From assembly GCA_965214095.1 (NCBI GenBank), contig OZ243938.1:1344001-1408000 (forward strand): a stretch of DNA of 64,000 nucleotides. Reading direction: 5' to 3'. Positions within the stretch are counted from its first letter, which is position 1. Each line of letters begins with the position of its first letter. Shown here piece by piece: positions 9,208 through 19,583 of this stretch. The notes beneath the pieces are model-generated. The model had not been told where the DNA came from and did no database searches. It saw nothing but the letters and a program-made list of their open reading frames with translations. This DNA comes from Candidatus Poribacteria bacterium. GTDB taxonomy: Bacteria; Poribacteria; WGA-4E; WGA-3G. A program made the position numbers and the translations under genes.

Positions 9208-10011
9208 TTGATGAACCGAATTGAGAAAAAATTTCAAGACCTACGCAAACAAAATGCACGTGCATTTATGCCCTACCTGTGTGCTGGTGACCCTACCCCA
9301 CAATTAACCACTGAACTCCTTCTTACACTTGAATCTGCAGGTGCTGATCTGATTGAACTCGGTGTGCCTTTCTCAGATCCAATCGCGGATGGACCTACCA
9401 TTCAACGCGCCAGTGAACGTGCACTAAAACACCGTATCTCACTACAACAGATACTTGAAATGGTAAGTGAACTTCGTCAAAGGACAGAAATCCCTATTGC
9501 TCTGATGAGTTATTATAACCCTATCTTTCGGATGGGTGAGGAACATTTCTGTAAAGCTGCGGAGGAAGCAGGGGTTGATGGTGTTATTGTGCCAGACTTG
9601 CCGGTAGAGGAGGCACAGCCATTGTTGGATGTTGCGCCAGAATACGGTCTCACAACTATATTCCTTGCCGCACCGACAAGTCCACCTGATCGTATGAAAA
9701 GTATTGCAGACGCAAGTACCGGTTTCATATACTGTGTATCATTGACAGGCGTGACTGGAACAAGAACAACTTTGTCCGGTGAAGTTGCACCAATGATAAC
9801 AGAACTTCGTAAGCATACAGAAAAACCGATAAGTGTCGGTTTTGGTGTGTCAACACCTGAACATGCCGGTCAAGTGGCAAAAGTTGCTGATGGCGTTATT
9901 GTCGGTAGTGCAATTATCAATGTGATTGAAGAGCATAAGGATGACGAGACAAAAATGCTTGCTGCTGTGAAGCAATTTGCATCTGACCTTGCTGCTGGCG
10001 TGAAAGCATAG
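9208..10011 (+). CDS. trpA: Tryptophan synthase alpha subunit
   Basis: IELGVPFSDPIADGPTIQRA, GVTG, VGFGVS, ADGVIVGSA. Confidence 0.97.
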   Translation: MMNRIEKKFQDLRKQNARAFMPYLCAGDPTPQLTTELLLTLESAGADLIELGVPFSDPIADGPTIQRASERALKHRISLQQILEMVSELRQRTEIPIALMSYYNPIFRMGEEHFCKAAEEAGVDGVIVPDLPVEEAQPLLDVAPEYGLTTIFLAAPTSPPDRMKSIADASTGFIYCVSLTGVTGTRTTLSGEVAPMITELRKHTEKPISVGFGVSTPEHAGQVAKVADGVIVGSAIINVIEEHKDDETKMLAAVKQFASDLAAGVKA

Positions 10012-10058
10012 GGTGTTTCTTATACCAATTCTATTAATGGTTATCTCTTTTGAACTAG

Positions 10059-10090
10059 AATGTCCGAGGCGCAATGAATTGCGCGACTAC
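10059..10090 (-). repeat. GTAG REP, identical to 9085-9116
   Basis: aatgtccgaggcgcaatgaattgcgcgactac. Confidence 0.8.
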
Positions 10091-10133
10091 GAACCATCTA
10101 TTTTTTAAGGGTATGTTATTTTTAGAAATGGTA

Positions 10134-11030
10134 TTACATACCGCGTTTAATTCCAAATTCTGTTTCAAATTCTTGCCATATTTCTTCTGGTATGTCTGCA
10201 GTTGCTGCTGCAAATCCATCTTCTACCTGCTCTTTATCTGCAGGACCGAACATCACAACGCCATTGATCGGTGCGGCGAGACAGAACTGCAATGCTAAGT
10301 GTCGGATATTGACGTTGCGTTCTTGACACCACTTCCACATTGCGTGAGCCTTAGGTTCATCATCAGGATTGCGTCTACGTTCCTCATCAACGTTTGGTTC
10401 TTTGCCTGTGAGACTTCCCATTCCAAGTGGACTTGCAAGGATTATACCTACATCATGTTCACGTGCTAAAGGTAAAGTCGTTTTAGCCACAGATTGAGAA
10501 AGTAGTGTGTAATCCAAAAAGGTGAGAATTAAATCAATATGTCCTGTTTCAATCATCTGTTTGTGAAAGTCGTGTGAACGCACGCCTGCACCAATATTCT
10601 TGATTAATCCTTCATCTTTCATCTCCAGAAGTGTGTCCAACGCACATCCTTTTCCTAAAACACTTTCCATATCCAATGGGTCATGTATCAACAATGCATC
10701 AAGATAGTCTGTTCGCATGTCTTTTAGACTGTTCATCACACTCCACCTTGTGCCATCTGCGGAGAAATCTTTTCTCCGTTCTGGATGTGTGCCAACTTTT
10801 GCCTGTAGATACACTTTTTCTCTCAGACCGCCAGATAGTGCTTCTCCCCAAAGATGTTCTCTGTGTCCAGGATAGGTGTCAATATAGTTGATACCAAGTT
10901 CAATTGCTCTTCTGATTGCACCAATTACTTCTTCCTCTGGTTTTGAGTTCATCCACGCTGCACCAAGTGCTAAAGCATTTGGTCGCATTTCTGTACGTCC
11001 CATTCTACGAGTTTCTAATTTTTGTGCCAT
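10134..11030 (-). CDS. Aldo/keto reductase
   Basis: RRMGRT..LGA, GINYIDT, SLKDMRTDYLDALLIHDP, ASPLGMGSL. Confidence 0.85.
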   Translation of the reverse strand: MAQKLETRRMGRTEMRPNALALGAAWMNSKPEEEVIGAIRRAIELGINYIDTYPGHREHLWGEALSGGLREKVYLQAKVGTHPERRKDFSADGTRWSVMNSLKDMRTDYLDALLIHDPLDMESVLGKGCALDTLLEMKDEGLIKNIGAGVRSHDFHKQMIETGHIDLILTFLDYTLLSQSVAKTTLPLAREHDVGIILASPLGMGSLTGKEPNVDEERRRNPDDEPKAHAMWKWCQERNVNIRHLALQFCLAAPINGVVMFGPADKEQVEDGFAAATADIPEEIWQEFETEFGIKRGM

Positions 11031-11053
11031 AATTCACCCTAATAATTGCTATG

Positions 11054-11653
11054 CTATGTATTTTCAAGAGTCTTTCTCAACCCATGTGTTGATGTAGCAA
11101 GTGACTCTTGTAAATATGGATATTGAAAATTACCCCATCTATCTGGGGGTGGTTCATTTGCTTCTGCGATTTTGAGATTTACAAAAGTTGGTCCATCTTG
11201 ATTCCAGATTTTTGGCAAGTCAGTATCAAATGTATTTTGGTCATCATATTCATAGACTTGCTGAAATCCTGTTCCCTTTGCTATTGTCGTCCAACTAAAG
11301 TTAGTATTATAGGGAACAGGTTGATTCCCCGTAACTTCGTAGGTTCCGTTATCACATACAAAAAGGAGATAGTTGGTTGGAGGCGTGCGTAGAGCAGTAA
11401 TCGTTGCAAGTGTTCCTAAGCACATCAACATACTGCCGTCACCATTTAACACAACAACCTTTTTATCGGGTTTAGCAAGTGCAATTCCGAGTGCCAAATC
11501 CGCAGCATGTCCCATGGCACTTCCAACAGATGCGTAGTCCAAGGGATGTGTTGAGATTTTTGCCCACGGAACAGCCATACCCATCGTGGTTACGACGATT
11601 TCGTCTGTTCGTTGTGAAGCAATTAATTTAAGACATTCTTCTTTGTTTAGCAT
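11054..11653 (-). CDS. TPP-dependent decarboxylase beta subunit (sulfopyruvate/phosphonopyruvate decarboxylase, ComE-like)
   Basis: SAMGHA, GDGSMLM...CDNGTY..TGNQ TPP-binding motif; 199 aa single domain. Confidence 0.75.
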   Translation of the reverse strand: MLNKEECLKLIASQRTDEIVVTTMGMAVPWAKISTHPLDYASVGSAMGHAADLALGIALAKPDKKVVVLNGDGSMLMCLGTLATITALRTPPTNYLLFVCDNGTYEVTGNQPVPYNTNFSWTTIAKGTGFQQVYEYDDQNTFDTDLPKIWNQDGPTFVNLKIAEANEPPPDRWGNFQYPYLQESLATSTHGLRKTLENT

Positions 11654-11677
11654 AATTTACTATCTTTAGTATAAAAA

Positions 11678-13111
11678 CTACTCTTCCTCTGAGCGAATGA
11701 ATTTCATTGTAGGAGGATTGAACCCGTTTGTTGTGAATAGTTGGAGTCGTTGCATAAATTCTGTTTCAGATTGTACCCCGTTTATTCCACCATCCCAGAT
11801 TGTCAAAGACTTGTAAGTGATCTTGCCTTCAACATCTGGATTCAGCATGATAGACATGAGTGATGGATCAGTTTCAACAACACCTTCTTCCATATATTTT
11901 GGATACATCACTGCAAATCCGAGTGAGTATACACCTTTAGGATCTGTTCCCCAACTCCATATTACACCTTGCTCTTCGTCTACATCATTGTTTTCACTTA
12001 TTTTGGGTATACCAACTACAAAAGCATAATCAGATGGTAATTCTCTATCTATTTGTATGTGTTGTTCGATTCCTGAATTTCTTCCATAGATATAAGTGTT
12101 TATCGTCAAATGATATGTTTCACCGTCTATTCTTAAACTTGGAATAATCCGCTGAACGATTGATCGCATAGCTCCATTGGCGATTATACGGACGTAATCT
12201 CCATCCATTGGCAGGGGAATCATTTGGTTCTTACTCTTATTCCATAGAGCAATCCCACCACATCCTATCAACTCCTGTTCTGTAGCTAACGCAACCATAT
12301 TCGTAGTTTCTAAATCAAGAAGTTCATTTAATGATAGACCAATTGATTTGTAAAGACTCAGTTGTCCATCGTTTTTTTGAACATAGTAGTTTTCCTGATT
12401 CTCAAAATCATGAATGATCCAACGATGCTCCTTTTTTTCAACATCAATAATTAGTGCTTGAGGATTCTGCGTCAGTGAAACCTTGTTCCTATCAAAGAAG
12501 AGTCTAAACCCAGGTGAAAGTTGCTCCGCTAAATCTAATTCTGTTTGAAACATCGTATCAACACTGAAGAGTTCTTGTTTCCTTTTCCCATACGCATAAA
12601 TTGCTCCATTCGGTTTAAGTATGTATGCAACTAAATCAGATTCCATCGCTGCGGTGGCATCAAGTTCTGGAAATATACCCGCGCGAGTCAATTTTTGAAC
12701 ATCAAGCGTAAAGGTTGCCTTCACATTTGGGTCATATAGGATTGAAATCTCCTTAGTTTCTTCAGATTTCAGGTCTAACAAAAATACCAACTGATCCCGC
12801 ACTCCATCATAATCCACATCATCTGCTTGAGAAGGTATCATTGCTTCGCGTGGGGCTTTTCCAGTGACAATGGAAAATGCATTAAGAGAAAAATCTGCAC
12901 TTACCTTCTTGAGTTGTTCTAATGTGAGTACGATGGGGATATTGTCCCTGTCAACGCGTAAAGTATTTTGAATGGCTACACGAATACGGTTTGTGTCCTG
13001 CTTACCACCCGGGAATGTACATCCCATCATAATAATTAGGCACCATAAGAGTAGATATAGACTATATTTTGTATATTGATAATTCGTTCTGTCATTTAGA
13101 TGTATATTCAC
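11678..13111 (-). CDS. Putative lipoprotein, DUF4861-like
   Basis: Hydrophobic N-terminus ending in GC (lipobox-like); PSQADDVDYDGVRDQLVF, ESDLVAY, GCGGIALW motifs. Confidence 0.55.
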   Translation of the reverse strand: MNIHLNDRTNYQYTKYSLYLLLWCLIIMMGCTFPGGKQDTNRIRVAIQNTLRVDRDNIPIVLTLEQLKKVSADFSLNAFSIVTGKAPREAMIPSQADDVDYDGVRDQLVFLLDLKSEETKEISILYDPNVKATFTLDVQKLTRAGIFPELDATAAMESDLVAYILKPNGAIYAYGKRKQELFSVDTMFQTELDLAEQLSPGFRLFFDRNKVSLTQNPQALIIDVEKKEHRWIIHDFENQENYYVQKNDGQLSLYKSIGLSLNELLDLETTNMVALATEQELIGCGGIALWNKSKNQMIPLPMDGDYVRIIANGAMRSIVQRIIPSLRIDGETYHLTINTYIYGRNSGIEQHIQIDRELPSDYAFVVGIPKISENNDVDEEQGVIWSWGTDPKGVYSLGFAVMYPKYMEEGVVETDPSLMSIMLNPDVEGKITYKSLTIWDGGINGVQSETEFMQRLQLFTTNGFNPPTMKFIRSEEE

Positions 13112-13146
13112 TATATTAATCTCAATTTCTTTATATTAGGAAAATA

Positions 13147-14286
13147 TTATTGATCAGGTAGAACTTCAAGCAATCGTTCTACTTCTGACTCAGCGTTGTA
13201 AAAATGTGGCGATATTCTCACACCACTACCCCTTTCAGCAGTTATAATGTTATTCTCTTGTAGCAAGTCAACAATTTGGGATGGTGTGTTTGTTTTAGTT
13301 TCAAATATTACGATGCCAGCCCGTTTATAGTCATCTTTTGGTGTGGTCACAGAATAACCTTTGTTTTCCAATCCTGTGATTAATTTTGATGTAAGTTCAA
13401 GGACATGACTTTCAATCATTGAGATATCGGCTTCAAGCAACAGTTCAATAGCAGCATTAAGTCCATACAAACCTATGCTATTATACGAACCCTCTTCAAA
13501 TCGTGTAGCATCGGGTTTCAGTGTTAAGTCGTAGTCGAGAAAGTCTCGGGGATTTACAACACTTGCCCATCCAACATTCGTGTTGATAAGTCTGTCCAGT
13601 TTGTCTTCAGTACAGTAAAAGATCGCAGCCCCTTCTGGTGCTAATAACCATTTGTGTCCATCAGCTGCGAGAATATCAATGTTACAAGATTTTGCATCTA
13701 CTTCGATGACACCGAGACTCTGAATAGCATCCACAACAAACCATATATCACGTTCGCGACATATTTCACCAATAGTTTTGATGTCATTTCTGAAACCAGA
13801 AGCAAATTCCACATGACTGAGTGTAACGACTCGCGTCCTTTCATCAATTTCTGAAACTATATCATCAATGAGAATCTGTCCTTCATGTTCCTGAACCATC
13901 CGTGTTTCAACACCATATCGTTCTTTCAGGCTCCACCAAGGGTATACATTTGCGGGAAACTCCACAGCAGTTGTGACGACGTTATCTCCTTCACGCCAAT
14001 CTATGCCGTTAGCAGCGATAAGTATGCCTTGGGTAGTGTTTTTCATGAATGCTATTTCGGAGGCATCTGCGTTAATGAGTTGTGCGGCAACATTACGACA
14101 CCTCTCAGCTGTTTCTATCCATGATTCTACGTTTACAGCACCGTTGACTGTGGCATCCTTGGCAAACTCTATCATTGCATCCTTAACCCGTTTGGATAAA
14201 GGCGCAACACCCGCATGATTCATATAAATATAGTTTTCAGTTACAGAAAATTCAGCACGCCACTTCTCAGATATAGATGTCAACAT
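13147..14286 (-). CDS. Aminotransferase class V (cysteine desulfurase / IscS-SufS-like PLP enzyme)
   Basis: YMNHAGVAP, VDAIQSLG, DGHKWLLAPEG, VRISPHFYN. Confidence 0.85.
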   Translation of the reverse strand: MLTSISEKWRAEFSVTENYIYMNHAGVAPLSKRVKDAMIEFAKDATVNGAVNVESWIETAERCRNVAAQLINADASEIAFMKNTTQGILIAANGIDWREGDNVVTTAVEFPANVYPWWSLKERYGVETRMVQEHEGQILIDDIVSEIDERTRVVTLSHVEFASGFRNDIKTIGEICRERDIWFVVDAIQSLGVIEVDAKSCNIDILAADGHKWLLAPEGAAIFYCTEDKLDRLINTNVGWASVVNPRDFLDYDLTLKPDATRFEEGSYNSIGLYGLNAAIELLLEADISMIESHVLELTSKLITGLENKGYSVTTPKDDYKRAGIVIFETKTNTPSQIVDLLQENNIITAERGSGVRISPHFYNAESEVERLLEVLPDQ

Positions 14287-15487
14287 GTTTTCCGTTGTCC
14301 TTTGCATCTAAGAAAATATCAACTTTGTAATCTATGACACGTTTCGCATTTGCATAAGCAATGGTTTCACCGAATAGGCCGATGATGAAGAGTAGAATGC
14401 CACTGCTTAATATGATAATTCCATAATAGTAAAAAAGAAATGTAAGAGTTCCACCTATGACAAACAACAATGCTCCTGGAGGACCAAAATATCGTATGGG
14501 TCTACGAGCACACCGGTGTATAAAAAAAGAAGCAAACGGACTTAAATCGGCGGTACAGGCTTCAGATATTCCAATTGACCAACCCGTTAATGCACTGAGA
14601 AATATCACAGAACCCCCTAATGTTAGAAAACAGATTGACGCATTTATGTCATGATTAATCAGAAAGAAACCGATAATGAAGATAGGGAGGCTTAATAATG
14701 CAGCGACTCTGTATACGTTTATATGTGGGTTTAATTGTTTATGGTAAGACTGATGAATACTGGAATCAATCGGATTAGTCTTACGTGCAAAAACTGATAG
14801 GATTAACTTAAATGCTAAAATATCAAGAATGACTCGCCAGATTCTGCCAAGACCGTATTTGCTTGTACCAAACCTTCGTGGGTGGTGCTTCACCACAATT
14901 TCAGTAATCCTCGCGCCAACGACGGTGGACATAGCGGGAATAAAACGGTGCATTTCTCCATAGAGCGGAACTTGTTTGATGATTTCAGATCGATATGCCT
15001 TGAGCGAACACCCATTGTCATGAATTGCCACACCTGTTACTAAACTGATTATCCAATTTGCAATTATAGATGGAACTCTTCGGGACCAAAATTTATCCTG
15101 CCGTTCTTTCCGCCAACCACATACCAAATCGTAATCTTCATCAAGTTTATCAAGCAATTGTGGTATGTCAGCAGGATCATTTTGCAAATCTCCATCCATG
15201 CTGATGATACGTTCACCTTGTGCATATTCAAACCCGGCAGCCATAGCAGCAGTTTGACCAGCATTCTCTTGAAATTTGATGATAGAGATATTTGTCTCAG
15301 CTTCGCGCAATTCTGAAAGCACTTCATAGGTGTTGTCTTGACTACCATCGTCTACAAAAAGCACTTCATAGGTCAGTCCGATGGATGCACACACTTTGCT
15401 TATTTTTTCATATAACGGACGGACATTTTCCTCTTCGTTATAGACAGGAACAACGATTGATAGATATGGTTTCTGTGTAGCGTTCAA
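14267..15487 (-). CDS. Glycosyltransferase family 2 (ArnC/DPM-like) with C-terminal TM helices
   Basis: SIVVPVYNEE, VDDGS, MDGDLQNDP, HRFIPA. Confidence 0.85.
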   Translation of the reverse strand: MNATQKPYLSIVVPVYNEEENVRPLYEKISKVCASIGLTYEVLFVDDGSQDNTYEVLSELREAETNISIIKFQENAGQTAAMAAGFEYAQGERIISMDGDLQNDPADIPQLLDKLDEDYDLVCGWRKERQDKFWSRRVPSIIANWIISLVTGVAIHDNGCSLKAYRSEIIKQVPLYGEMHRFIPAMSTVVGARITEIVVKHHPRRFGTSKYGLGRIWRVILDILAFKLILSVFARKTNPIDSSIHQSYHKQLNPHINVYRVAALLSLPIFIIGFFLINHDINASICFLTLGGSVIFLSALTGWSIGISEACTADLSPFASFFIHRCARRPIRYFGPPGALLFVIGGTLTFLFYYYGIIILSSGILLFIIGLFGETIAYANAKRVIDYKVDIFLDAKDNGKHVDIYI

Positions 15488-15489
15488 TG

Positions 15490-16233
15490 CTACTCCTTCC
15501 TATTTAATACGATATTATTGGCGGTGACAAGTGCATCAAAAGTGCCTGCGTCAACCCATTCACCTTGTAAATAACTGTGTTCAAGGATGCCACGTTCAAT
15601 ATAGACATTGTTGACCGAAGTAATTTCATATTCTCCGCGTGCTGATGGTTTTATCGTCTTGATTATATCAAATACATTTGAATCGTAGCAATAGACACCA
15701 ACAACAACGTAATTACTTTTGGGATGAGTCGGTTTTTCATCTATAGAAATGATACGGTTTCCATTCAAATTTGCAACACCGAAACGTTCAGGATCATCAA
15801 CTTTCTTTAATAGTACACGTGCTCCTGCTTTTTGTGTTTGAAATTCGGATACGACCTGTTTGATGGATGATTCAAAAATATTGTCTCCAAGCATAACAAC
15901 GATATTATCATTTGAAGCAAACCCTTCTGCTAACGCAAGTGCATGTGCAATACCTTTTGCTTCTTCTTGGACACGGTAGGTTAGGGCACAACCAATTTCT
16001 TTACCACTACCCAGCACACGGACAAAGTCACCGATGTGGTTTGGATTTGCCACTATTAGTATTTCAGTGATTCCAGCATCTATAAGTTGTCTGATGGTAT
16101 GAAAAACCATCGGTTCATTTCCAACAGGAAGTAGGTGTTTGCTGGTAACCTTTGTTAACGGGTACAAGCGTGTGCCTAACCCTCCAGCGAGAATAACGCC
16201 TTTAAGGGTATGTAACGTTTTAGAATTTGACAT
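15490..16233 (-). CDS. rfbA: Glucose-1-phosphate thymidylyltransferase (sugar-phosphate nucleotidyltransferase)
   Basis: GVILAGGLGTRLYPLT..SKHLLPV, LGDNIF, EKP, SARGEYEIT, WVDAGT. Confidence 0.85.
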   Translation of the reverse strand: MSNSKTLHTLKGVILAGGLGTRLYPLTKVTSKHLLPVGNEPMVFHTIRQLIDAGITEILIVANPNHIGDFVRVLGSGKEIGCALTYRVQEEAKGIAHALALAEGFASNDNIVVMLGDNIFESSIKQVVSEFQTQKAGARVLLKKVDDPERFGVANLNGNRIISIDEKPTHPKSNYVVVGVYCYDSNVFDIIKTIKPSARGEYEITSVNNVYIERGILEHSYLQGEWVDAGTFDALVTANNIVLNRKE

Positions 16234-16293
16234 TAATCATTTACTAACAAGAGTTGTGGAAACAATCCGATTAGATCCTCTTGTGCTTTGTTA

Positions 16294-17196
16294 TTATGCG
16301 TTCTTACCACGTCCGGGGAAAGTCAATTCAGCGACACCAGACTTATCTAAATCACCTAAACCTTGTTCAATCATTCGGTCGTATTGGTCTTTTGTTGCTT
16401 GTGCAAGGGGGAGTGCGATACCAGTTTCATCTGCGAGGTCAAGTGCGATTCCAGAATCTTTGGATGCATGGGCGGCTGAAAAATAACATTCATGATCTCG
16501 GATTTGCATGTCTTCACCATCCGTTTCTAAGACGCGTGAATTTGCACCTGTTTGTGCGAAAACTTCTTGTAACATTTCAAGGTCAAGACCGAGTGCTGCA
16601 CCTAAACCGAGACCTTCAGCAAGTCCAGCAGTATTTATATTCATTACCATATTGACCAATGCTTTGACTTGGGCTGCTTTACCTGCTTCGCCGATGTATC
16701 TCAATGAGACACTCATTGATTCTAATATTGGATGTGCTTTGTCAAAGGTATCTTTTTTGCCACCACACATGAGATAAAGTGTGCCTTCTCTTGCTTGTGT
16801 GATACTACTTGCCATACATCCTTCAAGGCTTTCAGCACCATGTCTTTGAGCGAGGTTCTCTATGTCAACATGAACCTGTGGACTTAGTGTAGCACAGTTG
16901 ATAAACACCTTACCTGATGCATCTTTAAGTAAACTATCTTCTGCATCTTCAGAATAAATCTGTCGCATTGCATCATCGTCAGTTACGACAGTGATGATAT
17001 AATCCGCGAGTTCGGTTACCTTCGCCAATTTGTCAGCAGCAGTTGCATCAATTTCATCTGCCAATTCTTTTGCACGTTCACTTGCAACATCGTATACTGC
17101 AACTACTTGAAAACCTTCGTCATTTAGGTGTCGTGCAATGTTTGCCCCCATTCTTCCTACACCTACAACGCCAATTTTATAATTTGCGTTTGCCAT
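16294..17196 (-). CDS. NAD(P)-dependent 3-hydroxyisobutyrate dehydrogenase-family oxidoreductase
   Basis: GVVGVGRMG, AAQVKALVN, FSAAHASKD. Confidence 0.85.
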   Translation of the reverse strand: MANANYKIGVVGVGRMGANIARHLNDEGFQVVAVYDVASERAKELADEIDATAADKLAKVTELADYIITVVTDDDAMRQIYSEDAEDSLLKDASGKVFINCATLSPQVHVDIENLAQRHGAESLEGCMASSITQAREGTLYLMCGGKKDTFDKAHPILESMSVSLRYIGEAGKAAQVKALVNMVMNINTAGLAEGLGLGAALGLDLEMLQEVFAQTGANSRVLETDGEDMQIRDHECYFSAAHASKDSGIALDLADETGIALPLAQATKDQYDRMIEQGLGDLDKSGVAELTFPGRGKNA

Positions 17197-17261
17197 ATCT
17201 TCCTCCCTACATTATTTAATGTTGATAATGACTTTAGTATTCTGTTTTCTTGCTATAGATT

Positions 17262-17290
17262 ATTTTACAAATTTTGGATGTAATTGTCAA
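17262..17290 (-). promoter_or_regulatory. sigma70 promoter for the 17196-10134 minus-strand operon
   Basis: TTGACA-N17-TAAAAT. Confidence 0.6.
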
Positions 17291-17389
17291 CAGGTTTTGT
17301 GTCTTGACACGGATATTTAGTTTTAAAAGTTCGTAATTGTTTAGGTTAACTTTTTGTTAAGTCACTGAATTTATTGGATATATTGATTC

Positions 17390-17534
17390 TTGTCTGAACC
17401 AGGATTTTCAGGATAAGATTCTGAACATCAAAGTGCAATCCAGAGAATAAACGTCAACCTGGGAATAGGAACTTTGGAGTGCCAAACGCATAATCCTGCA
17501 AATCTACTAATCCTGCAAATCCTGGTTCAGACAA
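17390..17534. mobile_element. MITE-like element with 18-bp perfect terminal inverted repeats
   Basis: TTGTCTGAACCAGGATTT (17390-17407) and AAATCCTGGTTCAGACAA (17517-17534); internal AATCCTG(C) repeats. Confidence 0.65.
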
Positions 17535-17695
17535 ATAGGAATACAAACCCATAACAAAATTTAACGTTAGTGAATCATATTGAACAAAAACCGAAAACTG
17601 CATAGCCTTGATCGAACACATACAGATATTGATTGAAAATTGAACCTAAAATACGTTAAACTTCTTATAGTTTAAAAATACAAGGAGAGGAAATA

Positions 17696-18394
17696 ATGAC
17701 CCCCAAAATTGGTATTCCAGTAGTTGACGAATTTGCAAAAAATAACTTTGAAAACTATAAGGATGCGATAAAAGAACATCGTGGAAAGGTCTGTTTTTTA
17801 ATTAGAAATGAACAATCAATTTCAGAATTCATTGATGGCATTGATGGACTTCTGCTTCCTGGTGGTGGAGATATTCACCCAGATAATTTTAATCAGGAGT
17901 GGCATCCGAAAATAAAGTATGTTGATGAGGAACGTGATGATTTGGAAATATCTCTATTCAAAGAGGCGTACAAAAAGGACATTCCAGTATTTGGGATATG
18001 TCGTGGAATCCAGATCATGAGCGTCGCGATGGGAGGCAGTCTATTTCAAGATATTGATACTGTCTATCCGAAACCATCCCTCACGCATCCTAAGGAGCAC
18101 GGAATAGATTCTGAACATACAATTGAAATTGAACCTGATAGTGAACTTGAAAAGATTATCGGAGAGAGTGTTGTTGACGTGAATTCAGCACATCATCAGG
18201 CTGTAGACGATATTGGTGAGGGATTTGTTGTCACTGCATATTCAAGTGATGGGATTGTTGAGGCAATAGAAAATCCGTCAAGAGCATTTATGATAGGAGT
18301 TCAATACCATCCAGAACGAATGCTTGCTACACAAGAATTTGAAGATCATAGAAACAAATTATTCAAAGCGTTTATAAAGGAAGCATCAAAATAG
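17696..18394 (+). CDS. Gamma-glutamyl-gamma-aminobutyrate hydrolase family (peptidase C26, class I glutamine amidotransferase)
   Basis: GLLLPGGGD, GICRGIQ, VNSAHHQAV, GVQYHPE. Confidence 0.9.
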   Translation: MTPKIGIPVVDEFAKNNFENYKDAIKEHRGKVCFLIRNEQSISEFIDGIDGLLLPGGGDIHPDNFNQEWHPKIKYVDEERDDLEISLFKEAYKKDIPVFGICRGIQIMSVAMGGSLFQDIDTVYPKPSLTHPKEHGIDSEHTIEIEPDSELEKIIGESVVDVNSAHHQAVDDIGEGFVVTAYSSDGIVEAIENPSRAFMIGVQYHPERMLATQEFEDHRNKLFKAFIKEASK

Positions 18395-18416
18395 ATCTTT
18401 TAAGAGCAATTTATCA

Positions 18417-19349
18417 TTAGAAATAGGCGATCAAAGATAGTCGGTGAGTCAATCCCAATTCCCCTAACGACACAAGTGCATAATCAATCTGGAATCTGAG
18501 TACTGACAAACCAAAACCTCCGGTTAGACCAGACATTGCTCCTAAATCGTTTCCGCCGAGTTGGTATTTATAGCCAGTCCGAATTTGCAGTATATTTGCA
18601 ATCGTATAACCTAATCCTGCTGCGAAAGCATTGTCGTTGTCGGTGGGTCGTATAAAATCCATTGATAAGATTGCATCATCGTTGAAAAACCTATAAGCAG
18701 TACCTACTCTGAGAACAAACGGTAGTTGGAACGAATCCTCAACATACTTTACTCGTGGTCCGACATTTTGTGCATTGATACCGATGGAAAGTGGCAATTT
18801 TGATAATGTGTATAGTCCTCCAAAATCAAACGCTACGCCTGTACCATTTTCGTCAGATATCTGTTCACGGATGTATTTGGCATTTACGCCAAAACTCAAT
18901 GTATTCCCAAATCCACGCGCATAAGATAATATCATTGCGAGGTCATAAGGGCGGAATATTTCAGTTAAATTACCATCTTGATCTCGTCCTTCAATATCAC
19001 CGAAGGACAGAAAGTTCGCACTGATTCCAACTGAATTGCTTTTTCCAATTGGGAGTGCTATTCCGACAAACTCTTGATTAATCTCTGCAAACCATTCGTT
19101 GTGCATTAATGCCAGTTGTGGTCCCTCAAGGTTGATAAGTCCTGCGGGGTTCCAAAAAGAAGCGTATAAATCATCTGTTGCAGCGACTTGCGACTCTCCC
19201 ATTCCAATCGCCTTCGCACCGACACCTATTTTTAGGAATGTCATTGCACGTGTGCCAGCGTTTTCGTGAATATCGGAGTTGTCTGCTAATATAGGAAAAC
19301 TTGCGGATATGAAAAGTATGATAGAGATGAATGCAATTATTCGTTTCAT
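18417..19349 (-). CDS. PorV/PorQ-like (UPF0164) outer-membrane beta-barrel
   Basis: Signal peptide; FLKIGVGAKAIGMG, FWNPAGL, QNVG; C-terminal aromatic residue (IAYF). Confidence 0.75.
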   Translation of the reverse strand: MKRIIAFISIILFISASFPILADNSDIHENAGTRAMTFLKIGVGAKAIGMGESQVAATDDLYASFWNPAGLINLEGPQLALMHNEWFAEINQEFVGIALPIGKSNSVGISANFLSFGDIEGRDQDGNLTEIFRPYDLAMILSYARGFGNTLSFGVNAKYIREQISDENGTGVAFDFGGLYTLSKLPLSIGINAQNVGPRVKYVEDSFQLPFVLRVGTAYRFFNDDAILSMDFIRPTDNDNAFAAGLGYTIANILQIRTGYKYQLGGNDLGAMSGLTGGFGLSVLRFQIDYALVSLGELGLTHRLSLIAYF

Positions 19350-19440
19350 ATATTTATTTCATAAAAACATTAGGTAATGTGAATAAAATGTATAGAGTTA
19401 GTGTTTATATCATTGGTTTTGTTCATATTTTGATATTTGA

Positions 19441-19469
19441 ATTGTAGCATATCATTGAACAATAGTCAA
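19441..19469 (-). promoter_or_regulatory. sigma70 promoter for the PorV-like gene
   Basis: TTGACT-N17-TACAAT with extended -10. Confidence 0.55.
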
Positions 19470-19583
19470 CTTATGATTTTCAATTCATCTAAGTCTGTGC
19501 TAATCGGACTGGATATCTCTTTTTCTCCTTCCTATACCGATAGATGCATCAGATTGTAGTGGAGCAGGCTCTGTAAGTAATGC

